DNA from: Podarcis liolepis
Taxonomy: Eukaryota
Length of the DNA stretch: 64,000 nt
Strand: one strand, 5' to 3'
NCBI GenBank assembly: GCA_965112155.1
Contig: OZ218111.1
Both the position numbers and the translations under genes were made by a program. This document shows positions 47,931 through 60,129 of the stretch, one piece after another. The first letter of the stretch is position 1, and every line of letters starts with the position of its first letter. Below the pieces are notes generated by a model. That model did not search any database. It had not been told where the DNA came from and was given only the letters and a program-made list of their open reading frames with translations.

Positions 47931-48267
47931 AGGGACTCCTCCAGTTAAGAAGTCCATGAAATTGGGTGAAATATCAGGTACATAGAATCATAGACTTGCA
48001 GAGTTGTAAGATATCCCAAAGTTCATCTAGCTAGTACAACCCTCTGAAAAAACACTACAAACACTTACTAACACATCCCCTGCATATGCACAAGCCCTAA
48101 AAGGCTTAGAATGAAGGTACCCAGAGAGTCGTGTACACATGTGAGTTTTCCAGATTAAGAGGTTATTCAGAAAGAATGGAGTGAGATGGACATCAGTGAA
48201 GAGAATGGAGTTTTTGGTTGTGGTGCCTAAGCTCTGGAACACCCTTCCCTTGACTTGCCATCAGGGT

Positions 48268-48453
48268 AAGGGCCATAGTTCAGTGATAAAGCATTGTCCT
48301 TGCCCCCAGAATGTCCCAATTTCCAAGCCCAGCATTTCAGGTAGGGCTGTGAATACTCTCTGTTTGAAACCATGGAGAACCACTGCCAGTCAGTGTTGAC
48401 ACTACTAAGCTAGATGGACCAATAGGATGACTCCGAATAAAGCAGTTTCCTAT
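48268..48453 (+). mobile_element. tRNA-Ala-derived SINE (Squam2-like) inserted in an L2 fragment; last clear retroelement in the window
   Basis: aagggccatagttcagtgataaagc...gagaaccactgccagtcagtgt...agctagatggaccaa; upstream VVPKLWNTLP is L2-like. Confidence 0.75.
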
Positions 48454-51400
48454 GGCACCATCACTTTTACAAAGAATCTGAAAACAGCACTCCTTCTTCT
48501 CTGCTGCTTTTAGCATGCTTTGATGCTTCTATTAGCTTTGGGTGTGTTTAGGTTCCGTAGAGATATATATGCTTGTTTGCTGGCTCATGCAGCCCTGTGG
48601 TTTACCAATGGGATGATACCGGTTTAAAATAAATTAATAGGATCTGAAAACACAACGCAAGGACCATAGCATTAAAATTGAAAGATCTCTCCTTTCTTGC
48701 AACTTACAAACCATCATTGTTGGCATCATAGAATTTTCCTTATGAATGAAATTATAAGAAGACAAATTTTGCTGATTCAGATTTGGTAGACCCATCAGAG
48801 AATGGATGAAGACTTACTAGACCAGGTAGACATGAAATGTCATAGACATGAAATAGTGTTTCAGCTTATGAGGGAAAAGTTCTCTCCCATATGGCTTAGG
48901 AAACCTCAGTTAACCAGTCAGTAAAATGTACTGTATGTTGCTGAATACATCAGGTGATAGCCAATACATGTTCTGCTTAGAGTAGACCACTGAAATTGAT
49001 GGACAAATCTAACTTAGGTTCATTAACTTCAATGGGTCTACTCTGATTAGAACTTAAGTGGTCTCCATTTTAAGTATGCCAAAGGGTGCTTGTCAACAAC
49101 TTTGAAAACAAAACCCTCTATTTTGAGGCTGTATACAGAGTTCAGGAAATGTTTGAGACTTTCTCTGCAATGCTGAAGAATTTTGAAGTCCATAATATGA
49201 ACCATACTTAACATATGCCCTGTTTTTTAATTTAGCAGGGGCATAGTTTCTTCTTTTTGTTATTTAGAGGGGGGGGGTTATGTGTCACAGAAACACATGA
49301 GCTCCCTTATCAAAATGACTGCATTGTTGCCCTGAAACTTAAAACTATTAAAAGTATTATAATAATAAAAGTAAAACTCCCTGCCCTTTGACCCCTAGCC
49401 TCTATTTCAAAAACAGACGTGCTCTGAGATTCTGTGGCTGTGAGCTTGTCAATTTCCTCTTCTATATGAAAACCCAAAAAGATGAAAATACAGATGCTTG
49501 AAGTGGGCCAAAATTAGGACGATTTTTTTAAAGTGATAAATTACAGGAGCTTTGGGGGGGGTGTAAACACTACATTATGGCAAAACTATACCCTGATCAT
49601 CTACAATGTACACCATGACAGAAGCATGTGGCTTTCAAGTAGTGTAAAAAATATCCCTCCCCCTGCCCAAAAAATTATGATGTCCTTTAAAATTGGACAA
49701 GCTTCATAAGAGAGAGAGGGAGAGGGAGAGAGACTTTAAAATCACAGAACTGTACCAAACACAAACATGGTTGTAAAATAGCTTGAAATGTGGTTGCCAG
49801 AACAAGGTGGATATATTTAAATGTAACCTTTAAACAAAAATAGTTTCAGTGGATGAAAAATGGCAAACTTTGCAAGATCAACTTTCAGAATGCAAAATGC
49901 AGGTGTTTAATTACCAAATGTACAAATGTTATTGTGAGTTCTCCTTCTTAAGTCTCAGGGAGACTCAGTGCTGGGCATCATGAACCCGTACAAGTGCAGT
50001 AGAGGCTCAAAAGAATGCTGTGTTCTGCTGAATAAATAGATCTCTGGAAATACACCTTAGAATACAGAATATAAAGCAATGAATGAAACAGTGAAAGAGT
50101 GGGATAGAGAGGTGTTATCGATGAGAATTATTTTAATCAAGTGTGTATGTGCTTTAACAGGAATATTGGTTTAATTGGTAGATTAATTAACTAAAGTAGA
50201 GGCCAGTTTTGATCATTAAGGACACAGGTTAAAGTTAAGTATTTATTTTAGCCTATTTTGATTCTATTCTGTCTCCATAACAGGGAAGGGGGGTGGAAGG
50301 AAATGATTATAACACTGAAAATTTCCACACACTTCTTTCAATAAGTCAAAATAAGTTACCCTTGACTTTTTTGGGTAACACGCCAATGTACTTCATTGAT
50401 CAATCAATTAACTGGTGAAAAGGCAACTTATTAATTGACTCGATTTTTTAATTGGTTGACAGTCTGTATATAACACAGTACATGCATACAGCTACATTGA
50501 TCCTATGGCATAGAGGAAGTTGATTGTGGTAGTATTATTAGGTGGGGGGGGTGATCATAAGGAAAGATGCCTATGAGAGGTGTTTAAAACTTCATTTTTC
50601 ACAAAAATGTATTTTGCAACTTTCACAACAAGCTTATCCGACAACCACAGATACCATTTTAATGGTTTCTGGTACTTCACAACTGCTTTTTCCAGTTGTG
50701 ATTTAACTCTTCAATGTGATGTGATCTTCATTCCATTTACCCCACTTAAACAGGCAAGATTATGAAAATAAATGTTTGCTTATTTTATTTTTAGAACAGC
50801 AACACAGAAAATAATATTTGATACCAAACTTAGTGTCATCATTGGGAAGAGGAATGAGACAAGAAAAAGTCAATTTGAGGGCAGGGGGCAGATGGGCAAA
50901 CAAGTAGAGTTTAAACATCCCCTTTTAGACAAGTATTCGACTGTTGTTTGAGAGCAGTTTGTCTTAACTCGTTTTAGGAGACACCATCTTAAGGAGGCAC
51001 TTAAAATCTTTGCAAGGAAATCCTAGGCTCTTGCAGGCAAGAGGATCAAGGGTGCGCTAATAATTACAAGGCTCGTTAATATGTGGTGGGTTTTGTGGGT
51101 TGCTGTTTTTTCTATCTGCTAAAGTCATATGGGTTCTCGACTGAGAGCTTCTCCTTTATGCTTCAGCCCATAGATCAGTTCAGGTTTATAGTGTGATCCA
51201 AATGCCAGTTCTTTGTTTAGATAAACCTTAACATAGGGCCTGGAAACTAATAAAATGTCACATTGAATTAATTTGAGCTCCCATTTGTTTAACATTGGCT
51301 TGCAATATAGATACATGCAGAGAAGTCTAAAGTGATTCTGTTTTGTTGTTTTTTAAGGGATGTGATTTTTTTTTAAAGCCCTTTTCCATGTTTAGGGGCA

Positions 51401-51500
51401 ATTTTGTTCCTTAGTTTAGGAATATGCTTTTAAAAAAAACCCCACCAGAAATGACTCCACAAGATTTCCTTGTTGTCAGGTTATTGAAAATATTTGTTAT

Positions 51501-51543
51501 GGGAAAGGAAAGGAAAGGAAAGGAGAGGAGAGGAGAGGAGAGG
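51501..51543. repeat. (GGAAA)n(GGAGA)n purine repeat
   Basis: Directly visible. Confidence 0.9.
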
Positions 51544-54500
51544 TTTCTGTAATCTGGGTTATTTTAATTTTTCTCCTCAAACTGGCATTTTCAGTTGAAT
51601 AAAAACATTTGGAAACTGTTTCATTGTTACCAGTCTTTGGAATGCCTGTTTCAAAAATAACAGGAAGCTATCAAAATAATTTGACTATGCCTTTAGTATA
51701 TATGGATCTCACTTTTCAACATATTTATTTATTTGAACATGCATTCATTTCTTTATAGTTGGTCTCTTTTTCAGATGGGAGAGAAAACCATTAAAACAGG
51801 AATATGATGGCTCCTGTACAATGATTTTTGTGTGTGTGCATTATAGAACCTGCTGGCTTGAAACATGCAACTTGTTTTTTTTAATGAAATGGCAATCAAG
51901 GAATCAATTCAGAATATAAGAACAGTTGAAATATTCTAAAATTATGGCTCAGAACAGATAGATGTTTACAGTTTCTCTCTTTCTTTCTTTCTTTCTCTCT
52001 CTCTCTCTCTCTCTCTCTCACTCACACACACACACACACACCCCTTCAATGTGTGATGCTTAAAAGGTTCAAACCAAAAAAATTATTCCAGCAGTTGATT
52101 TGTCCTTTTACATAAAGATACATTTTCCCTTCCTCCTAAGGCTAAATCATTTTTTGGACCAGGGCTTTCTGGGGGGGGGGGGATGCATCCATTGCTGCAG
52201 CTATGTTAACTGTAGAGGTCAACTTTCCTGCTTCCTTTAAAATTCACATTTTTGTCTGATAAAGAGGCTCATCATGCAAAAGAAGCAATTTTACAAACAA
52301 GATTGTGAGATGTGTATTTTGTAGTGTGTTCTTATGAACATCTTGTAGTGGAAGTGTCTATCTGCACATTTAGATATTATATGAGTGCACAGTGCACCTG
52401 CAAACATACATGTATATTTATACATATTTCATACATATACATGTTTACCATGCATGCACACATACATTTCTACTGCATGCTAGTTATATCCGTGCAGACT
52501 TCCTGTGTGTGAAAGGCTGCTTGTGACTGTCCTCTTGTAAAAGTACTTGCCATCTTTGGCTACCAACTCATTAAAGAGTTGCTTCTGATTTGACATGATT
52601 CATCAACAAATTAACTGATTGAAATACATACCAATGTGCTGTAGTAAATGTGAATCACTCCAGAGGGGTAACATGAAGGTGGCCTGTGAATTAAGATGTA
52701 TTTTGTCCTTTCTTTCTCAGCTATAGGATGCAGAGAGTTCATATTGTGGGGCCCAATTCCACCATCATCACCCCTAACCTCTTAGAAGGAATTTCAGGAA
52801 ACAAGAGATGTGCTTAGATCGCTTCACAGAACATCTCTCTCTCTCTCTCTCTCTCTTCTTTTTACAGCTCCAATTAAAATCCACATTTTGAAATTTGTGA
52901 TTAGGGAATGCATCTATAACTGGCAGCAGTTAATTGATGGGGAAACTACGACCCTGTGCACATTCTGGGGGTGAGGGGAGTCCTGTGGAGCCTAGTGGGA
53001 CTTTCTTTCCAGGAAACGTGCATAGGATTGGGCTGCCCTGTTGGTTTGTTTTAAATTCTGCTTTAACTTAATAATAAAGGTGGTTTTTTTCTCTTTCCAG
53101 ACATTTAAACTAGACTCCCAGAATCAGGTGGTGAACACACACACACACACACCAAATAAAACCCTGCAGATATTAGACCCACCACCTACCATAGCTTTCC
53201 CCCTTTCTATTTTAATATTTTATTTCAAACATTACGCCTACCTCGTAGTCACACCTCCGTCCTCCACCCCGCTTTAAATTTGGGTCTTCAACCTCGGTTC
53301 TGTGCTGGGGCCGCAAGAGTTAATGAAGCCCAGCTGCACCCGACCTTTGAGGTCAAACTTTTCCTATCTCTAATCTAACTAATTAGTCAAAGAGGGGAAT
53401 GGACGGTGCGCACCCCCTTTTTTCTTTTTTCCTTGTGGGTTTTTTAACACACACAAAAATTTAATGTTCGACTGTTAAGAACTGTAACTTTAATCTGGGG
53501 TTACCCCGGGGTTTGGTAGAATTTAAACCAACCAGCATTGTGGACTCTGAAAAAGTAGCCATTAAAAAATATCGAGGTAAATTTGACTCCCCACCCCACC
53601 CCCTGATGTGGTGATGGAGATCATTTGTATGGGGGGGGAGTTTAGCTCAAGGTCGTGCAGTTCTACGGAAATGCTTCACCCCCCCCCCCTTCGATTTATT
53701 TAGCCAGTTAGTTGACCCGCCCCCTCCAGCTTCTTAACTCTAATGTCTACCCGAAGGGAAATGCGGGGGGGGGGGTCCTCTCTCTTACAAACGCCTCCTC
53801 AGCCGAACTGCCCCACTTTGAGAGAACTTTCCTTGGAAATAAGTTGACTTGCTGGAAGAACTGTCGTGTGAAGACTCGGATCAACATTTCTATCCCTTCG
53901 GAAAACGTGTGTTTGTGCTTGGGGGTTGAGGTTGGGGTTGTTGTTTTTTTGCAAGATCTCCGCCTGTTCTCCCACTGTACATTTCAGCGCCTGCTACCTT
54001 TCCGTGAGCTGAAATGAAGACACCCCAGGAGAGGAAAGAGAAGCAAACATCTCTCTCTCTTCAAGTTGTCGAATTGTGCATTTATTAAGATCCTTCTTTT
54101 GAAAGGAGCACACACGCACCAACTCCCATCCCACAGCCCAGCCATCTTATCAGTTCCACAACCTTCTGTCTGAAGACAAGAGTCTCCCGGACACAGCCCT
54201 TCTCGTGGAAGGGGAAGTACAAATGTGCTGGGGCAAAATGAGAAAAGTTCAACCAAGGAGCAAGCTTTAAACGCCGCTCTTCTCCAAATCGATCTGAATC
54301 GCTCCATTTACTGCGCCCGCCTCCCCACCCTCGCCAGCGGAATAGTCGGACATCAAATGGACCCCCAGGAGTTGACAATCCCAGCCCCTGGGCTTCTCTG
54401 ACACGTTTGGGTGACGGTCTTTCTCACAAACACAAACCCCTTATATTTTATCCACACGTAGATACCCTCCAAGTACCATCGTAACGTGCCATAAACACGG

Positions 54501-55807
54501 TTAATAACTGGGGAGAGGGGGGAATTAAACACATGCAATTGCTTGCTTCGTAGAGGGTTAATTGAGAAATCCTCCAGGTTTTCTTTCGCCTTCCTCGAGC
54601 TAAGAGGGACTCTTTCGCGGGTGGAGATGGGGGAGGCGTTGGGGGAATCCGGGCAAGGAAATGTGTGCCAGCATTTTACAGTCCTGGTTCGATTTCATTC
54701 TTCTATCCATCCCACCCCACCCCACCGTGCCTGAAAATCTCCGGCCGTCGCGTCCAGACTCCTCTTTCTTTGAGTTGCGCTCTCCTCCTTTCCCCTTAAC
54801 CTGGGATTAGCAAATATAAGAAATTCACAGCTCGCTTGCGCTCTCTCGCTCCCCCCACACCCGCGACACTCCGGGAGCTCCTAATCACTCCGTATCGATT
54901 TCGCTAACTCTTTTCATCCCGCTGAAGACACATCTTAAAACACTCCTGCTTAGAATGTGTTCTTTGCTTTATACACACTAATAAAATGATTTGCCCCCCT
55001 CTCTCCCTTTCCACTCCGCTCTCCGCGCAGTAAAAAAAAAAGGGGGGGAGGAAGAAAGAGAAGGAGGGGAGGGAGGGAAAAATCGTTCGGGTAACCTGAC
55101 TGTTTGTGTGTGATCGGTAAATATTTAGCCTGGTGATACCTCTAGCGTCTCCTCTGGATCAATAGAGCTAGCCCAGTCTCAAAGGGAGGGGGGCTGTCCA
55201 AGAGGTGAGGTCTGCCTCAGACAGACGTCTCCTTCTCTTATAGCGCAGGGACAGCAGGGAGGGAGGGAGGGAGAGATTGCCCCCCACCGATCCTACGTGC
55301 GGCTTCTTGGAAATAAGTCTGCTGGCTTTATTGCGCCTTAAATGCGCGGGGCGCAGAAGCGCAATCGGGAAAAGAGCGCTGCGAGGGGCTCGGACCCTGA
55401 TACTTTCCGCCTCTCTCTTTCTTCCACTCCATTTCCTGCTCTCGACACGAAAATTGTTCTCCTCTCTCTCCGTCGATTCTCCCCCTCCGGCCTCCTTTTA
55501 AAAAAAACAAACAAAACAAACCTAAACTTTCGGCAAAAGAGCGCGCAAGTTACGCTCCCGCAGTGGGAACAAAACTCTCTGAAATCGCCGCGCTTGCCAA
55601 ATTGAAGGCGCAGCGGCCGAGAGGGGTGGGGGATTCTATCTGAACAATTTCTCTCTCATACAGAGAGAGGGATATTTTATATACAATTCTGAGCACGCCA
55701 AGTTAAATTTATAGGAGGCGTTTTCGGAACTTCCACTTAAGTTCTCTGGTAGGAGTCCACCTACAATGGGCAAGAAATCGCGGGTATCAAAAATACCATT
55801 CATACTG

Positions 55808-55843
55808 GGATGGATGGATAGATAGATAGATAGATAGATAGAG
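55808..55843. repeat. (GGAT)n(AGAT)n microsatellite
   Basis: Directly visible. Confidence 0.9.
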
Positions 55844-56184
55844 GACTGCCTATTCCCATTATAGGAGTCAGGAACCTGGGCGTGTTTCAGTCGAAGTCAC
55901 CCCCTCATTCCCGCTGGATTCCTTGGGAATAATCCCCCAGATCACCTTCCTGGATCTGCAGCCTCACAGTGACTTTTATGCCCAGTGAATTAAATAATGG
56001 ACGGGATGGGGGGGTGGGCTCAGCACTGGAGTGCGAGTGGGGTCCACACCGCGGTTTTTCCGCATAAATGGCTTCCCGTTGTGATCCAGGTGCGGGCCGA
56101 GGAAGCACTTCCTCGAGGTAAAATATGACCCCTGGTTCCACAGAGCTCTAAAGCGTTTACCCCTGAAATGCAGATGTGCAATAA

Positions 56185-56273
56185 ATGTACACGTGTCCTT
56201 CAGATGCGTGCAGTATGGATCCGTGTCCATGCAGTATGTACACGTGTCCTTCAGATGCGTGCAGTATGGATCC
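56185..56273. repeat. local tandem duplication, 38-bp exact repeat with a 51-bp period
   Basis: atgtacacgtgtccttcagatgcgtgcagtatggatcc at 56185-56222 and 56236-56273. Confidence 0.95.
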
Positions 56274-58161
56274 ATCTCTTTAGTCGCATCTGTCGCTCGT
56301 TCCCCACATCCGTCCATCAGTCATGCTCCCTCTCTCTTTCACGCACCGATAAATGTGCCCACCTTTTCTTTGACCTCATCTAGGGAGACCGATTCAACTA
56401 TTGCCTTCCCAAGAAGGAAGAAGAAATCGCCTTAAAACGGTTGCCCCGCCGCCGCCTGTTTAGGATAAGAATGAATAAGACGCGCCAATAAAGCAGGGAA
56501 ATTGTTAGGCCAGCTTGTTCACACGACAGGACAGGCGCATGTTGTGCCCAGGGAGGATCTTAGGGTAAAAGGCTCGTTCTCTGTCTGAACAGGCCTTTCC
56601 CTGCCCTTCCAAGCATAGGGAAGCACCTGGGAGACCTATAGCTTTGGTGTTGCTGGGCATGGGACCCAAAGGGCTCGTGTGAAGGCGGCGAAATTAATCT
56701 AGAATGTATCTCTAAAAACAGACAGGCGATCTAGTCAACGCTAAGACACTTTCGCGTCCTGTTAGAGAAAAGCACAATGAAAGAAAGGCATCTTGAAGCT
56801 GCAGTCCTTTACCCGCTTACCTGGGAGTAAATCCCATTTAATTCAGCAAGCTTGACTAGGCAAGTATAAGATTGCTCTCACGATTTCTATTAATGCGCCT
56901 GCAGCGCATTCCCTTGAATGGGGTTCAGTCCCATATAAGAAGTGTGCATGGGACTGCAACATGAACATGCTGTTAAATTTGTTTGGATCATGCCCACTCG
57001 GTGTATCTCTCACTACGGGGGAGGGGGAGCGCAGTATTTCTGTGTTGTTGGGTTGATAATATATATCATAGTCATCTGTGTCTCTCTCCGGTAAGGATAG
57101 GCACGGAGTCTCCCAGCTGACAGATGTTTGTCTGGAATAACATAAGGACGTGAGCGTCTAAAACAAACATAAATAAACGTATAGGTGCCTGCAGTTCTTA
57201 GAGCCATCGTATAATTATAGAGACGATGCTTTCCACGCAGTTAGGTTTTCTTCCACCGCCACCCCAGAACATGGTCGTGAGAATGCGTAACTTCCAGTGC
57301 CTTTAGGGGTAGGAGGGGATAGGGAACCCAATTATTCTCCAAGGAAAAAAAATGAACAAGCAAACACTCATCCTCAAATTTCTCCTTCGGAAGGCCTTTT
57401 TGGGCTGCGAAACCGACACCTTCCTTTCTCACCGAGAGACCTGCAGCCCGATCCTATGCGCTGTAACTCTGAAGTAAGCCCCCAAGGTGTTCAAATAGGC
57501 TAGAAATACAAAGGGCATGTTTCTTAAGAACTTGAGTACGTGCCGAGATTCTGCGGGTTCCCTCTTTAAAAATAAATAAATAAATATCCTGCTCCATCCA
57601 GGTAAAATAGGAATTGGGGGGGGGGGAGGAGTGAAGAGAACTAAGGCACCCTCTTCTGTCAATGTCTGGATGTTTAAAAGGAGCCCTTTCCTCCCTCCCT
57701 TCCCCCCCCAACCCCTTTTGCTAATAAGCAAAAGTAGAAAAACGCTTCCTCGCAGAATATATCTTTATACTAACGCATATTAAATTGCCCTGTCTTGACT
57801 GGGCATATCAAACAATTTAATTAGAGGGCTTTCTACCCAAAGGAAGAAGAAAAGAGGGTGTGGAAGAGGTGTATGTGCGTGTGTTTGTGCATTTGTGTGA
57901 GTGCGAGTGTGGAATCTGCCCAGCATTTTATTGTATTTAGCAGGAATACAGGCAGAAAATGTAGCACAAGTTTGTGTCTGAAAGAGCACCTCCATGCCCA
58001 TTGAAAGGCACTGATCCGAAAAGACAGAGAGGACAAGAAAAATCGATTGCCCGGGACCTTCTTCGTCCCTTTCATACCATTCAAACACCCCCTCCCACTA
58101 TTCCCCCTAAGACAAAAAAAAAAACCTCAGCCAGTTCCTTGGAAAAACTGGAGTGTGGGGT

Positions 58162-58162
<1 letters not shown>

Positions 58163-58201
<39 letters not shown>
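58163..58201. repeat. (GA)n microsatellite
   Basis: Directly visible. Confidence 0.95.
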
Positions 58202-58203
<2 letters not shown>

Positions 58204-58929
58204 AGAGGGGAAGGAAGGATCTTAAACGCCATACTTTGGTGCTTCCATCGTATTACTCTTATGTGACTGGGATTTTAAAGTGTGTGCGTGTGTGTGTGTG
58301 TGTGAAATCCGATTCATGCTTTGTTCTGCTTTTTGGGTAAGGGGGGGCAGGAGCATTCACTCTGGGTGTAGGGAGACCGGCATGCTTTTTTAGGGTTAAA
58401 ATAGTCTTCACCTCTGACCTCTCCATTGCAAAAGCCTCAGATATCCTCATAACTTCAGTCAAACTTTGGAAAGGCTGATCTGCAAGGAGGCAGGAGGGGG
58501 GGGGGGATAATGCTGAGGCTGGAGACTGAATCCATTTGTAGCTGGTGGAATTCTCTTCTTTAAACGCCCCCCTCCTGCCCCAAATCTTTCCTCTCCGCTT
58601 TCCCTTCTTCTCACAACACAGAAGGGGAGACGTGTGTCTGAAGGTTTTCTGAAAGGGACGTCCTTTGAAAGGTATTGATAATTATATCAGCAGCGAAAAC
58701 AAGAGGAACTGTAATTCTATTACATACAAGCAAAGAGAGACCCTAAGAAGAATTAAATATAGTTTTGGGGGGGTTCCTCTTTTGGGAAGACTGGCCTGGG
58801 TCGAAGGATTTAGGGGTGCGTTTTGATAGAAGGTGCCCCCACCAGAACCATCATCAAAATCCATCCGACTGGGATGAGTCTCAATCATTGGAAGGCATTC
58901 CCAGGAAAGGTTGTTGTTTTTTTTACAGG

Positions 58930-59410
58930 CCTATAATCTAAGGTCATTAATGACCTGTAGAAAATGAGTCACCTTCCCCCGCCCCCCCCCCCTGATCAAT
59001 ACCCTGTCTTTCCTCTCCCCCCACCCTCGCCAAGCAAACCTCCTCGGTGGACGTAATTAAACTTGCTTCTCTAGTTTTTCATCATTGTTTGAGGTGGGCC
59101 AAACCCATTTGTAAATTTCATTAGCCCTGTAAACATGCAATTAACGCTGGAGGAGGTGGTGGAGTTAATTGCAGAAGCATCTTTTAAAGGCCGGGAGTGG
59201 GGAATCTAAGAAATTAGCAGAAAGAAAGGAAAGGTATGATCCTTTTGTCACCTGTGACATTTATTCACAGTACGGGTTTTTCCCAGGTACCTTCGGTGAT
59301 ATTCCAGCACACACGCACATTTCCCTCTCATTATTAAATTAAGTGCATTCTCCATATATTTTTCTTCCTTTTTGTAAAAGCTCAGCTAAGTAAACGAAAT
59401 TTGTGGCCGC
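58930..59410. promoter_or_regulatory. putative conserved proximal enhancer
   Basis: Dense homeodomain and forkhead/SOX-type motifs (gtaattaa, cattgtt, tcattag, tgtaaaca, caattaa, ttaattg, attaaattaa) and a 16-bp palindrome. Confidence 0.45.
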
Positions 59411-59952
59411 TTGTAATTTTTAAACAACAACAACAATCTGTTCAGACTGAATCCCTCCCACCCACACTTTGTGCAAAATGAAGAACAATTCTAGGGGCAA
59501 CCCCAGAAGCAGTTTTCGGGGGAGACTTCAAAAGGTGCTTTTCCTTTCCCATTGTGGTGGTGGGGGTGTCTGTATTAACACAAGGGGAGGTTATCTTTGT
59601 TGGTATTTTTGTTTTATTTAAATTAGCACCAAGTCTGAAAAGCACATAAAGGACTTCAAATATTTGTGGGTCGCTTTAAACGCTCCAGATCGAGGGGATC
59701 CTATGATAAGAGACTGAATGAGAAAAGTGGGGGGGGAGGGGGAGGAAGTTCCGGATTTATAACTCTTCGAACTTTTTGCCCCGGCTCATTCTGTTTCGCC
59801 CAAGACCCCACCCCCAATCCATTTGGTGTGCTTTTTTTATATACCTCTCTTTTCCTTCATTGCCTGAAAAGCTAATACTCTCTGAAGTCCTACTAACCCC
59901 GATTTCTGATGACTTTCCGCTTTGGAAGTCCATCTCTACCAATACGTGCATT

Positions 59953-60111
59953 NNNNNNNNNNNNNNNNNNNNNNNNNNNNNNNNNNNNNNNNNNNNNNNN
60001 NNNNNNNNNNNNNNNNNNNNNNNNNNNNNNNNNNNNNNNNNNNNNNNNNNNNNNNNNNNNNNNNNNNNNNNNNNNNNNNNNNNNNNNNNNNNNNNNNNNN
60101 NNNNNNNNNNN
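59953..60111. other. assembly gap
   Basis: Run of N. Confidence 1.
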
Positions 60112-60129
60112 CTTCCTTCTAAGGAATGA

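Larger units (their letters stand above)
53230..57560. promoter_or_regulatory. CpG-rich regulatory domain (CpG island-like)
   Basis: Abrupt rise in CpG and GC content relative to the first 53 kb, densest around 54.7-55.7 kb, with no coding ORF. Boundaries estimated by eye. Confidence 0.7.

Noticed and set aside
55976-56317. 113-aa ORF with the repeated peptide DPYCTHLKDTCT
   Set aside because: The peptide repeat simply reflects the 51-bp-period DNA duplication; there is no other coding evidence.
58941-58956. Canonical oestrogen response element
   Set aside because: The spacer is 4 bp rather than 3 bp.
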